From: Lama guanicoe
Lineage: Eukaryota
Length of the DNA: 64,000 nt
NCBI GenBank assembly: GCA_013239625.1
Contig: MU054098.1
Location: 2,481,104-2,545,103 of the forward strand
Direction of reading: 5' to 3'
Position 1 is the stretch's first letter. Each line of letters opens with the position of its first letter. Below, one piece after another: positions 37,666 to 50,647 of the stretch. Under the pieces are notes generated by a model. That model ran no database searches. It had not been told where the DNA came from and worked only from the letters and a program-made list of their open reading frames with translations. Made by a program: the position numbers and the translations under genes.

Positions 37666-38207
37666 CGTGCATGTGTTGAGAGAGAGAGAGAGAGAGAGAT
37701 TGATTATAATGAATTGGCTCATGTGATTATGGAGGGTGACAAGTCCCAAGATCTGCAGGGTGAGTCAGCAAGCTGGAAACCTACGGGAGCCAATGGTATA
37801 GTTCCAGTCCAAGTCCAAAGGTCTGAGAAGAAGAGCCAATGATATAAATACTAGTCCAAAACCTGGACAGTCTTGAGACACAAGAAGAGCCAATGTTTCA
37901 GTTTAAGTCTAAACGCAGGTAAAGACCTATGTCCAACTCAATAAGTTGGGCAGGAGGAGTACTCTTACTCAGGGGAGGGTCAGCCTTTTTATTCTATTCA
38001 AGCCTTCAACTGATTTGATATGGGTCACTCAGATTATAAAGGGCAATCTGTTTTACTCAGCCTACCAACACAAATGTTAAACTCATTCAAAAATACTCTC
38101 ATAAAAAACCCCACAAAAATAACCTCACAGACATACTCAGAGAAATATTTGACCAAATACCTGGGTATCCATGACCCAGTCAAGTTGACACAAAATAAAC
38201 CATCACA
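37553..38207 (-). mobile_element. MLT2 (ERVL) solo LTR with expanded internal microsatellite
   Basis: gaattggctcatgtgattatggagggtgacaagtcccaagatctgcagggtgagtcagcaagctgg...cccagtcaagttgacacaaaataaaccatcaca. Confidence 0.88.
37590..37699. repeat. Compound microsatellite (TG)n-(GA)n
   Basis: Pure TG run at about 37620-37661, followed by a GA run at 37678-37699. Confidence 0.95.
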
Positions 38208-41200
38208 GCAGGCCAGGGGAAATGGGACTTGGGGATTCATTAGTCCTCTCTCATTCTGCTCAGAGATGGACCAGCATCTCCAAGAAAGTAAAGTTTATCT
38301 TTAAGAATTTCTAGACTGAATGAAGCTTCCAAGATCAGAATTTCTATGGGAGAGATTTCTAGGAATTGAGGAAACCATGTCCCTAGCTCTATAAATATGG
38401 GAAAGATGTAAAATTATTAGTTGGAATTGCCCTTACTCCCTTTGCAAATTGTCTTTTATTTGAACTGGTCCTATTTTGTATTTTCCCCTCTGTTGGGGCT
38501 TAGGCAGTGTTTGGAGCATCAAGGAACATCAGGCAAAGAAGCCATGACCTACAGAAAAACATGAAACTATAGCTGTAGATGAAGGTAGATTATAGAACCA
38601 GAATATAGAAACATGCCAAGAAAATAGTCCAGTTTCAGGGAGTTTATGGAAACCGAAAGTCATAATAAAATAATATACTGAAGCCGGACAAGTAATCAAT
38701 AGAAAACTCCAGAAGCTAGATGGCAGGGTAAGTCCAAGGAAAGAGTAGAGTGCAGAATAGCAGAGGCTAAGGATCCAGAGACAAGAAGAAACCAGACAAC
38801 TTCTGTCTTTGACAGGAAGCCTCTTAGACTCTTCCACAGGCCCTAGGACCTGCTCACCAGGACCTGGCCATTTTAGTACCAACATGGCCACACGTCACAG
38901 AATCTGGATCTTTGTCAGAAGGATCTGCCAAGGAATATCAGAAACCCACCAGCAGCTGAAGGTTGGAAACATATTTCAGTGATAGGTAGAACTGCAAAGA
39001 GAAGGCCAAGAAGAAAGGAGACAGTGAAAGAATTTTAAAGTAACTAAGTCCTATTTGGAACAAAGCTTCCTCAACTCCCAAGGATGAGTTTAATAGAGGG
39101 CTTTGCTGTATTGGAATCAGACTACACAAATGTTCAACAATAAGATGGTAGAAAATGCTAGTCTTGATGTTGATAAAATCCATAGTTAACCTTTCTCCAG
39201 TAAAATATTACTTCCAGTAAATCCCATGGCAATTAATACTTCTTTTATCTTTTCCTGAAAACTTGAGCCAAGTTGGAAGGCCTTACCAATCTAATTTTGT
39301 TTTTGTGGTTGGAATTTGGAGACTACTGTAAACTTCTCTTTCTCTTACCTCCATGTCTTATCTAGATTCCACACTCCCACTCCATGACAATTATAATACA
39401 AAACAATATGTAATTATTGGTTACAATTTCCTATCCTGAATGATGAATGAGAGCACTTATTCATCCATTCAACACATGTATTGAGTTCCTACTACATGCT
39501 AGGCATTTTTCTAGGCAGTAGAGAGACAGCAGTGGGAAAACCACACAAAAATCCCCTCTCAAAAAACTTGTCTTCTTGTAAACTTCCTAGTGTGCTGTTT
39601 GGAGGGCCTGGTAACTAGGAGTTTTGATCTTTCCTCATACACACGTGAAGAATCAGCTTTTCACTGTAACAAAAAGCTCTTTCTTCCCTGCCTGTACTTG
39701 AATGGTTTAATGGAGTATCTGAGTCCTAGAAAAGTACTATTCTCCATCAAATGTGACAGAGGATAAGTGGAAATCTGAATGTGGCTTAGTACATCCAATT
39801 CTTACATTTTAAATACAGTATCTTCCCTCACTATTCCTTGGACTTCTGTCTACTCCAAAATGTATACCTATGCTCTACTCATGAAGCTAGATCACTTAGG
39901 GACATCATTCAGAATCTACAAACATTTACTGAATGCCCATTAAGTGCCAGGCACTTGGCTAGACACATGCACGTAATTATTTCACTTATTTCTCACAACA
40001 GCCCTTTGGTAGACGCAGAACAGGTATTTATAACCTTCCTAGACTTCAGTTTTCCAAGCCAGATGTGTCCATGACTTACCCAAGGTCAATAAGCCAGTAA
40101 GCAGCTCTTTAAAATACAAAAATTGTTCCTTTGACTCCATGGCCCTTGTCCTCTAATGTTCTTATCAGGGAATCTTTTCTTTATTAATCCCCCTATATGC
40201 TTGAAACATGGTCACAAACACAGCATACACAGTAGCCTTAGTCCTAGGAGCAGATATTTTCAATCATTTTGACTGTTCAGTAGCTCTTATTCCCTTTAGA
40301 TTTCACATTTGCAAGAGGCGACAGGAGGATAGTCACATTCACTAGCATGTGACTGAGAGTCTGCACTTCTCGATCACTACTCAGTTTGGGATTGAGAAAT
40401 CTGAGGTCTGGGTAGTTTCACAACAGAGATTAATGCAAAAACAGAAGAGCAGTCTCACATCTGCATGAATGGTGAAATTTATGAATATTCTACTTTACCA
40501 TTGGTTGGTGGAGAAAAAATTTCAGTTTTGACTAGGCTATGAGGAATTAATTAGATAGAAGCACCTATCCTAATCATCTGGAGGCTTTTCAGTGTTGTTT
40601 TTTGTTTGTTTGCTTCTGTTGTTTTTTACCCGCCTATCACACTTACTGAATGGGTTGGCATGGTGGACACCACTTAATATTGCAAATTCAAAAGGTTTCC
40701 TTGACCACCAAACAAGTCAGTTCTCAATTATATGTACAGTTGGGACAGACAGGAGAACAAGAGAAAGCGATAGGTGACATAATTCCCTACAGGCCAGTAG
40801 AATCAAATGTGTTTGTATCCCAACTCCTACCAGTCCTTTCCTTAAAGCTTCCAACAAAAAGAAAGTAAACTGATTTTCTGTCAGTTCCTTCTATCCTCTT
40901 GTGACCCTGTGGTGAAGGTGGTAATAAGGAGGATAAAGACCCTAAAGGCCAGAAGCAAATGGAAGTCATCAAGCAAGTAGCCCGAAGCATCAGGCAACTA
41001 CATAAACATCCCCAGAAGAGTTGAGAATTGACTACTGTTATGAGTGGGGAAACTCCGCTGCAGTGAGGTTATTGATTATTTTGCAGTAGAAAAATTATCC
41101 TCCATGCCTGAGGCCCTGGAAACATGAATAATGAGAAGAAAACATTTTCAGTATATAACCTAAGCTGATGTGACAGGGATCTGAATCAGGCTTCAGCCGA

Positions 41201-42235
41201 AGTCCAAAGGTAAGAAATGAAGGAGGCAGCTATACCTTTAAATTCAGTAATTGACAAAGTCAGGCCCCAGAGACTCCGTTTTTGGATTTTTCTGCCTTTG
41301 CAAAAATAATACTTGCTCATCTCATCACATTGATAATGTACTGTCAGCACTGAAGGAACAAACTGTGCATTTTTAAAATTTGTGCCTAAGAATGCCACTC
41401 AGGTAATGTTCCTTTGAGATTCTAAGGTGTTGCATTCCCTTCTGTGTTCCTCATCAGATCATTTGGTGGGTGGGGGGATCCGAACAGAGGACTTTGAGGC
41501 TCAAAGATTATTTCCATCAAAGCTGTTAAGACTTCTGGCCCTCAGTGGCCCAAGGCTTCTAAATCCCTCCTCTTAAAAGTCTGTTCCCAAGTAACTCCGT
41601 CACTGTACTCTGTCCTGAAGAAGAAATAAAGCCACTTCTTTGCCCAAGTTCCTCATCTCTTAATCAATTGGTTTAAAGAAAAATATACATCTGAAAATTG
41701 GGAAATTCAGCACAATTCATGATGTAACAACCAAGTACATTCAGTGTTAGATATGGATAAGAGGATGACTTCATTGTTATATGCAAAGGAAACTTATTTT
41801 TTTCTAAAACCCAAAGAATAAGTGTTTTTAGGCCATAAGTTGTTTCAGAGTACAAGTAGTCGTGGGAAAAGTGAGAAAGTTAGTTTTGAAGATACATTTT
41901 AATCTTACCAGATTTCAGATGTTCCACCAGCCAGCCCTTCCAACAGCCAACAGATTCTACAGAAAGATGAGGAGATGGCTGCAATGACCACTCCCAAAAA
42001 GCTTCCACTCTCTGGCCCTCTGTATCCTCAACTGTAAAACAGGAGGGTTATTTCATCTTTAACATGCCTTCCAGCACCGACATTTCTTTACTTCAGAGTC
42101 CCTTTCACAAGTCCTGTGGCCACTTCCTAAATAGGTCTTCTCCATCTCTAAAGGGAGTGGCTCCTTCTACTGACTCAAAGTTTCTGCTCACAATTTCACT
42201 CTCACTGAAACAATGGAGGATCTTGTCTGAGGTCT

Positions 42236-42820
42236 TGTGGTAGGCAGAATTCTAAGATGGGCTCCCAGAATTCCCGGTTATTGGTGCATACACACCTTCT
42301 CCCAGTTATTCAATAAAACACTAATCTAGGTGCTGCTATGAAGGTATTTGTAGATGTAACTAAGGTCCCAAATCAGCTGACCTTCAGATAGGATGATTAT
42401 CTGCATGCTCCTGACTTAACTGCATGAGCCCTTTAAAAGCAGGGAGTTTTCTCTGCCTGATGAGAAAGAAGTCAGAGAGATACGCTCCAGCTGGCTTGGA
42501 AGAAAGCAAACATTCATCTTGGGAACTGCCTTTGGGGGCCACATGGCAAGGAACTGAGAGCAGTCCCCAGCCAACAACAGCTAGAAGAAAATCAAATTCT
42601 TCCAACAACTTGAATGAAATTAGAAGAGGCCCTGAGCCCAGATGAGAAATGCAGCCCTGACTGAACAGCTTGATTTCAGTGCGGTGAGACCCTGAGCAGA
42701 GATTCCAGGCATGCTGTGCCCAGGCTTTTGACTCACAAAAACTGTGAGATAATAAATTTATGTTGTTTTCAGCCATTAAGTTTGTAGTAATTTTTAATAC
42801 AGTAATATAATACTAATACA
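42236..42820 (+). mobile_element. MLT1E/F-like MaLR solo LTR
   Basis: tgtggtaggcagaattctaagatgg...aaactgtgagataataaatttatgttgtttt...tactaataca. 5-bp TSD ggtct/ggtcc. Confidence 0.88.
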
Positions 42821-43271
42821 GGTCCTTTTAGCCACACAGTCTTGGCTCTTGTTTGCCTCTCCACTTTTTTTTTGCTTTAAATTTCCCTTCACTTGTGAAT
42901 TATTTCCCCTTTTTCACATCACTTCTCTGAACAGACATGAAAAGAATCTACAGATAATAAATCTGTAAGTGGAACAACATTACATCACTTAGCTACAGCT
43001 ACAACTTCCTGTCATTAGTGAAATTAAAGACATAAAATCCAGTAATGTGAATTAAATACCTAGTCACCCAGAGGAATGGAAAAACAAATCCAAGATAATT
43101 CCATACACTTTCTAGCCAAAGTTCCAGGGTTCAGTGCAAACCCAGATATAATATCAATTCCTTCATTTGGTTATTTAGTAATATTTAGGGAGAACTACTC
43201 TATGGTAGGCAGTGGGGACATCACAGTAAGCAAAACAGACAAGGTATCTGCCCTCATGCGACAGTCTAGTG

Positions 43272-43570
43272 CAGGGTGGTCCAACAGGAGTATAAAGTGA
43301 ACCACGCTTATCTTAAATTTTCTAATACCCATCTTTAGTAAAGCAAATAAAAACAGATGAAATATTTTAATATTTTATTTAACCCAGTGTATCCAAAATA
43401 TTTCAATGTGTAATCAATATACAGAATTATTAATGAAGTATTTTACTTTTTTTTTTGCTATGTCTTTAAATGCTGATGTGTATTTTACAGTTACAACATA
43501 TTTCAGACTGGCCACATTTCAAGTGTTCTATCACCACATGTGGCTTGTGGCTACTGTACTTGACAGCACA
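43272..43570. mobile_element. MER33/MER3-like hAT-Charlie element
   Basis: cagggtggtccaacagg...gccacatttcaagtgttctatcaccacatgtggcttgtggctactgtacttgacagcac. Confidence 0.8.
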
Positions 43571-44189
43571 TCTACTTGATACTGTGATACACTGTGACAG
43601 TTTGCTAGGTTTTGGAAACATGAAGGCCAAGCACTGAATTGGGTAAGGGGGAAAACAAGGAATGCTTAATAATGCTAACCAGGTTAATGGTGGGTAAAAG
43701 GGTGTTCCAGGAGGAGGGAATAGCATAAGCAAAGAACTGGCAGTGAGAGAAGGATGAGTATGTTTAAAGGCCAGAGGGAGGAAAGTGGGCCCTTCCCAGA
43801 GAACTGTGTGTATTTCAGACATTGCTGGGGTGTGGATGGGGAGGGAAGAGGAAAGGCCCAATCCCCACCCTCCCCTCATTGGATTAGGCTCACTGTCTGC
43901 TGATCCACTCTGTCTGCTCTGCCTCCTCCTACTTAGGGTCACTTGTAAACAAATCTGCTTGGAAATGTTACTCTCTAAACTCCTTTTCCCAAGAGTATCC
44001 TACACTTCAGACTCTGTTAAATAGTCAGCTTAATTTGGCCATAGTGTTAATGGCAGTCCCCCAAGGAGAAGGATATCCTGGGTCCCCAAAATGGTGGTTT
44101 GACAGTTCCCCAGACATTTAGGTTATGTTGCTAACCACTGTGGGCTTCTCTGCTTGCCTGAAAAGTCTCTTTTTCCTTCATAAAAGTAA

Positions 44190-44420
44190 TGATAATGATA
44201 ACAGCTGACATGCATTAAGTCCTCATGTGCCAAGCTAAGTGCTTTTACATGGATTATTGGATTATTTTTTAACTCTCACAACTCTCTATTTAGGCTTTTT
44301 TGTTATCCCTTGTTTCCAGAAAAGAACTGAGTCATAGAGTGGTGAAGTGATTTATTCAAGGCAATGCAGCTAACAGAATGTACAGTTGGGATTTAAATCC
44401 AAGGAGTCTGAATTTGGATG
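44190..44420 (-). mobile_element. MIR SINE
   Basis: gctaagtgcttttacatggattatt...gaactgagtcatagagtggtgaagtgatttattcaagg...gggatttaaatccaagg. Confidence 0.75.
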
Positions 44421-44780
44421 GTCAACAAGCTGAAGTACATCTTCACCTCTCTCTATACACACACACAGATACACATGCACACACAGCACAAGCTTAGTCC
44501 TGAGAAAGACATGGTTAGTTTGGACCAAGGTCTCAAGAATCTGAGCTTGTGGTCATTCTGAAGGAAGGGACCTGAGAGGATGGAGAGCATCCTGTTCCTC
44601 ATGGTGGTAAGATGTGGGGCCAGGAAGAGAAGAGGTATCAGGACTGACCTGCCAACTCTGATTTCCGAGTACCCCTAGCTAGGCCAGCATTTATGCCAAC
44701 TCATTCCTACTCTGGGCTGTACAAGAGAAAAATCAGTAAGAAAGATTGACTATCTAATAATATTGTTATTGTTGGGATGG

Positions 44781-44801
44781 ACACACACACACACACACAC
44801 A
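44781..44801. repeat. (AC)n microsatellite
   Basis: About ten perfect AC units. Confidence 0.9.
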
Positions 44802-45587
44802 CTCCAACCTCCCAGAGGTGCTTCTCTGCAAGGTATAATGTAATTGGTGTCTCGGGGCTGCGGGACTAATTTATCGCCCCTGTTCTTGTCTTTGATCCAG
44901 TAGAGAAAAGGGAATGGATGGATGGCAAATGCAGGAGCTGCACTGCCAGTCATTCTGAGCCAACAGAATGACTAACCAATTCCCTCCCAAATTCATCATC
45001 CCTAGCTAGCTCCCCCACCCCCCATCTTTGTGGTGCATTATTAAGCTTGCAAGCACTGGGCAGTGTTAGCTAAAGCTGACTGTGATATTCGAAAACCCAA
45101 AACAGTCTTCATTCTGGTCTGCTGCCCTGGATTAGGAATGGCTTATGATTTGTTTTGTTCTGCTTTCTTGGTGCCTGTGATCTCTAATTTGCCCTTGTGC
45201 TTTAACAGTGAACCTGTTTTTCTTTAAATGGTAGCAGATAGTTCTAATCATGGCAGGTGGAGATGGAGGCAAAGATATCGAGCCCTACAGAGACAGAATC
45301 AAGATAAACAGCCCAATAATTTAACTCTTTCCTCAGCTACTGGCTGCCTCCCATTACCCCAGAGAACATTTGCTTAGTTCCCCTAATGTAGTCCATTTGT
45401 TTCACTTGTCTTTGCAAATGGCCACTTGGTCACTTCAATACCACTCTCCCCAACACAGCTGTGTGAGTGTGCACACCCTTACAGTGCTGGAAAATTGTCA
45501 CGGAGATTGAAGGTAAAACACACACACACACACAACTGTCTTTTAAGGGGTACTAGATGAAGAGGATTGTGTCCCTTCTCTGAACAG

Positions 45588-45762
45588 CAGTGGTTTGCAA
45601 AGTGTCATCCCTGAACCAGTAGCATCCACACCACCTGGGAACTTATTAGAAATCCAGATTCTCCGGCCCCACCCAGTGCTATGAAATCAGAAACTCGGAG
45701 TGAGGCCAGAAGTATGTGTGACCCAGGTGATTCTGATGCCCACTAATGTTTCAGAACCACTG
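45588..45762 (+). mobile_element. MER5A DNA transposon
   Basis: cagtggtttgcaaagtg...cacctgggaacttattagaaat...ggtgattctgatgc...agaaccactg, with both terminal inverted repeats. Confidence 0.85.
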
Positions 45763-45861
45763 CTTTACTGACTCCCTTCTAAAGTAAAGCCCATAGTTTG
45801 AGAAACTCTGCTTTAAAAGGCAAGAAGGTAGAATAAAGGAAAAAGTGACTTTGGTTTTAAT

Positions 45862-46040
45862 AGAGGTTCTCAGTCTTGGAGGCACATCAGAACTATCTGG
45901 AGAGCTCTAAAAGTACTGATGCCTGGGCCCTACCTGCAGAGGTGTGGACTCAGATGGTCTGATGTGGGGCCCAGGTTTTAGAATGTTTTAAAAGCAAGCC
46001 AGGTATTTTTAATGTGCAACCAAGGCTGAGAACCATCATC
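45862..46040. mobile_element. MER5-family element
   Basis: ggttctcagtcttgg...cacatcagaactatctggagagct...actgatgcctgggccc...ggctgagaaccatca. Confidence 0.75.
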
Positions 46041-46663
46041 CTTAGAAGTCTATGGTAGGATGTCATCTGGAGGACTTTCATTTTTCAGTTATCTCCTGGT
46101 AAATGCCCTGGTTTGGAGCAGGGAGATGCCTGGATGGCGCATATGTAACAGGGAGATATTACCAGTTTGTAGGCAAAGAAGCTGATGCACGTTGAGTGCT
46201 GCTATGCACCAAGCACTACACTAGGCACCAGGCCCACGCAGCCCTGAGCAGGGAAACCCTGGGAGCAACCACTGTGGAGCATCCAAGGGGAGGAATTAAG
46301 ACAAAGAGATGATTTGTTCGCAGGACCAAACGGAGAAGGTGCTCATCATAATCATTCAAGGAATAAATGAACAAAAGAAGTAGGGGGAGCCAAATATATA
46401 TATTTGGATTGGTTTAGCCACATCCCAGCTTAGATGCAGAAGGCTAGAGTAAATGACCTCATACTTCTTCCAAATGTCTTCTAGAATGCTCTGAAAAAGC
46501 ATCAAGGCAGATAAGATCTGGAAGCTGCTTCCACACATTCAAAATGATGGAGAAAACTGAGGTAGTACGTCCAAAACCATTCTTACTTAAAACTTTGAGA
46601 TGACTCAGGTAACCTTAGGGAAGAATGAAGTCAAGTGTCAGCATACCCATTTTATAGACTAGA

Positions 46664-46825
46664 ACAGGGATTCTCAATCTGTGGTTCCTAGCTCTTGTTA
46701 GAAATGTTAATTCTCAGGCCCCACCCCCAGTCCTACTAGATCCGAAACTCCTGGGGTGGGGCCCTACAATCTGTGCTTTCATAGGCTCTCCAGGTAACCC
46801 TGATGCATACTCAAGAAGCACAGCT
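46664..46825 (+). mobile_element. MER5A element
   Basis: cttgttagaaatgttaattctcaggccccacccccagtcctact...gaaactcctggggtggggccc. Confidence 0.8.
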
Positions 46826-47491
46826 CTAGTAGGGTCATTCAGCTCATCCTCAAAGGAAGAGTCGATTTTGCCTTTTTTTCACATCAGTAAGTATTCACCA
46901 AGGAGCCTGCCTATCTAGCCCTCCATTACACCCTCCTCAGAACTGCACTGGACAATGCAGAGAGGTGTAGGGTTAGCAATGAGAGCTGGCAATGTGGCTG
47001 GCAGAAAACCTGAGAGAGGGCTTCTAAACCCTGACCCGTGCTTGCAGTGTGACCCCACAGAAGTCACCTAACATCTCTAATTCAATATCTGGCATATAGG
47101 AGATGCTCAATAAATATTTATCTAGGTACCTGTAAACCAAGGCTAACAGTGCTAAAGGAGGCAGGGTATTGTGAAGGGAGCAGAAGTCAGACGTATCTGA
47201 ATTTGGGTCCCAGCTCTGCCTTTAAACTAGCCTTTTGACCTGGAGCATTGCCCACTTCAGCCTCAGTTTTCTCAGCTATGAAATGGAGGAGAGGGATTCT
47301 GATTACAAGATCTCCAAGGGCTCTGTTGACATCTGAATTATTTTGTGTAAAGATCTGCACTTCAATACTGAGAGTTTAGTGACCCAGACCATTTCTATAA
47401 AGATACAGACATATAAGCACACAAATCTTTGGTAACCTCAGAATACAGAATTCTGTAGGCTATATACTGATCAATTTCCAATAGTCAGTAA

Positions 47492-47552
47492 ATAACTACT
47501 ACTACTACTACTACCACCATTACTACCATCACCACCACTGCTACTACCACTA
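47492..47552. repeat. (ACT/ACC)n trinucleotide low-complexity repeat
   Basis: taactactactactactactaccaccattactaccatcaccaccactgctactaccact. Confidence 0.9.
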
Positions 47553-47854
47553 TAGGAGGTGGTCTACTCATTAATGTGTGGTAAGCAACCACCTGATTAA
47601 ACACTGTCCTGACCCATTTCATAATTAGAGCTTGCATTGTCTGAGTAGTACACGGCAGTCTCTCTTGCTGGTAGGAAGCTGTTTGGAGTAGCTGGGAAAC
47701 ATTATGCACAAATGAGTGAAGAAAGCTACTGTGCTCGTTAGGATTGCAGGGCGGGGTGAACCCCTCAATTGTCCTTAAACATTGGAAGACGAAAAATAAA
47801 ACAAACGGGTAAGGAAAACAGATCATCAGGAAAGAAGGAAAATAGTGACAAGCA

Positions 47855-48075
47855 CTAGGGCAATGGAAAGACACCAGCCCTGGGTGCAAATCCCTACTCC
47901 ATGGTACCTGTGTGAATGCAGACAGCCCATTTAACATCTCTGAGCCACAGACATCTGTGAAAAGGAGGCAATAACATGCACTTAATAAGGTTCTTCTCTG
48001 GATTAAATTGGACAGTGAACTATGTAAAGGGCCCAGTTTAGAACCCAGCACCATCTTAAGGGCTCAATCAATAAG
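47855..48075 (+). mobile_element. MIR SINE
   Basis: ccctgggtgcaaatccc...tttaacatctctgagcc...catctgtgaaaagg...gggctcaatcaata. Confidence 0.7.
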
Positions 48076-48739
48076 AGAAGATATTATCCTGAATTACCTT
48101 TGCATGTGAAAGTAAAGGGAGTTGTGAGATCCTGGCTGTCTGCAATTTAATCAAACAAAAAACAGGTTTGGCAAGTACCTGCTACATACGGAGCTCTTTA
48201 GAGGGTACTGGGAGGCAGAGCCAAGAAATGGCCGGCGGAATCGCATAAAATTGCAACATTTAAACATTTTACTAATAAACCCACCAAAGTTATATGATTC
48301 AACCTAATAGGTGAGCCTGTGCCTTATTTCATGTAAGTCTGATACTGTGCAGAAATGATTGATTTGCACAGGAAAACAATAGCAATCCCCAGATGTTTAA
48401 CCAAGTGCTAAATTGGATAGAATTCAAAGTGCGCAGTGCAGGGGGTGCAGAGTTGGTGGCCCTAGAGGCAGCCAATGAACTCTCTTCTTTGGCTGAGTGA
48501 CCTACTGAGATTCCTACACTTTCTGAATTGCTTTTTCAAAACACTACCTTCCTTTTTTCAAAATACCACCCACCCGGCCCCACTCCCTTCCTGCCAGATA
48601 GGAGACCAGTAGCGCACTGAGTCCCCGCTGGAGAAGCCCTGGCGTGCTGGAGACTGCATTGAGTAGCTCCCCTGTTTCAGGCAAAGGAGCTCAGGACAGC
48701 CAAAGTGAGGCTGGAATGCCTCCCCTTCTTTGCCTAAAG

Positions 48740-48902
48740 CAGTGTTTCTCAGATGTGAGGGCTTGTTAAAACAGACTGTGGGCTTCACCCCCAGGATGTC
48801 TGATTTAGTAAGTCCAAGGTGGGTCTGAGATTTGAATTGCTAACAAGTTCCCAAGGGATGCTGATGCTGCTGGACAAAAGACTACAATTTCGAGAACCAC
48901 TG
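48740..48902 (-). mobile_element. MER5A-family element
   Basis: cagtgtttctcag...gggcttgttaaaacagactg...ctaacaagttcccaagggatgctgatgctgctgg...cgagaaccactg. Confidence 0.82.
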
Positions 48903-49649
48903 ACCTAGAAAAATCTTACCTTTCAGGCCTGGCCAGCTCAAATGCTGCCTTCACTACAAAGCCTTTACTTACCCCACTTTCCCAAGTGAAAGTGAGCATT
49001 GCTGCTCTCCACTCCCAAGTGTTTTATCTGTGCCTCTGTTGATTATACTTGGTTGTATATGTTTTCCCCATTAGACTATAAAGCCATTAAAGATAGGTTT
49101 CTATTGCGGTCATGTTTGTATCCTTTACAGTGCTTAGTGCTGCATTTTACACTGAAAGAGCCCTGGATATATGCCTTGAATGAAGCCATTTACTCTAACA
49201 TGTAAAGGAAGCCTAGGTGTGTGGGCAGCTTCTACAAACTGAACTTGAGTCACATTAGGATAGCTCCATTCTTTGAATGCATAGTGTAAGCCCCAAAGTC
49301 TTCAGCTTTACTGTATGACTTGGGAGAGGCTTCTCTCCCCTTCTTAAATTTCCAAAGGTGTCTTTCAAATTGACAGTGTAGTTCTGGAAAGAAATGACAC
49401 TAGCAGGATACGTCCCTGGCAAATGTTAAGGGAACAGGTTTGTCTTCAGCATCTTCCCATCTCTCTTCACTGTCTTCTGACTCCCATCCTCCTATCCCAA
49501 ACACTTAGGGTTTTCACACTGGTCACCAGCTCTTCAAAGTCCTTCATAGCCAAGATTTTTGTGCTCCAGCCAGACTTTTCTACCCTCCTCATATGCTCTT
49601 TGGTCTCTGTACTCTGCTAAGATGCTCTGTTAATAATGAAACATCTAGA

Positions 49650-49900
49650 TACAGCATTGTGATTGAGGGCATGGGCTCTAGGGGTCAAAAAGGTCTTATG
49701 GACTCCTGGGTCCACCACTTATCTGCTGTGTAACACTGGGAAAGTCACTAAACTTCTCTGATGCTACATTTTCTCATCTGTAATATAGAGACATCATGCA
49801 TACTCTGCAGCGTTATTACAAAGAATAAAATAAACTAGTGTATGCAAATCACATACCACACACTTGACATATATTAAGCACTCAATAAATAGTTGCTATT
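49650..49900 (+). mobile_element. MIR SINE
   Basis: ccaccacttatctgctgtgtaacactgggaaagtcactaaacttctctg...ttttctcatctgtaat...aagcactcaataaatagttgctatt. Confidence 0.82.
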
Positions 49901-50213
49901 ACAAATGCATTAAAACTTTACTATTAAAATATGGTGAGATCTTGCCCAATTATCCCCTCTGCCACCCACTAAAGCCTTTGCATTCTAACAGCAACCTTAT
50001 CAGGGATCTAACAACAACCTTATCAGGGAGGGTCTCTGGGGCAGACCCTCCATTTTTTGCATTGCAGGCAGGATAATCTTTTTTTTTTTAAGGGACTGAC
50101 TTTCTTCTCTTTAATTCCAAGAGCGTATCTGAATCAGATCTTCATCTCCTACTTTCAGTATTCTGACAGGTCCTTCTGGATAGACTTAATTTTTTAAATA
50201 GACTTAATTTTTT

Positions 50214-50610
50214 TAAACTATAATTGATTTACAATATCATGTTAGTTTCAGGTATACAGCTTCAGATTCTTTTCCATTATAGGTTATAACAAGATATTGG
50301 ATATCGATCCTTGTGCTATACAGTAGGACCTTTTGTTTATCTATTTTATATATAGTAGTGTGTATCTGTTAATCTGAAATTCCTTATTTATCCCTCCCCC
50401 ACTTTCCCCTTTGGTAACCATAAGTTTGTTTTCTTTGTAAGTCTGTTTCTGTTTTGTAAATAAGTTCATTTGTATCATTTTGTTTAGATTCCACATATAA
50501 GTGATATGATATTTGTCTTTGACTTACTTCACTCAGTATATCTCTAGGTCCATCCATATTGCTGCAAATGGCAGTATTTCATTCTTCGTTATGGATGAGT
50601 AATATTCCAT

Positions 50611-50647
<37 letters not shown>

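Noticed and set aside
43466..43942. 158-aa ORF
   Set aside because: It spans MER33-like and L2-like repeats and has no recognisable domain.
47485..48054. 189-aa ORF with poly-Val tail
   Set aside because: It is made of antisense MIR plus the (ACT/ACC)n repeat, so it is a chance open frame.
48452..48474. CTCF-like motif tggccctagaggcagc
   Set aside because: It is one base short in the AG-R-K-GGC core relative to the CTCF consensus, so the match is not convincing.
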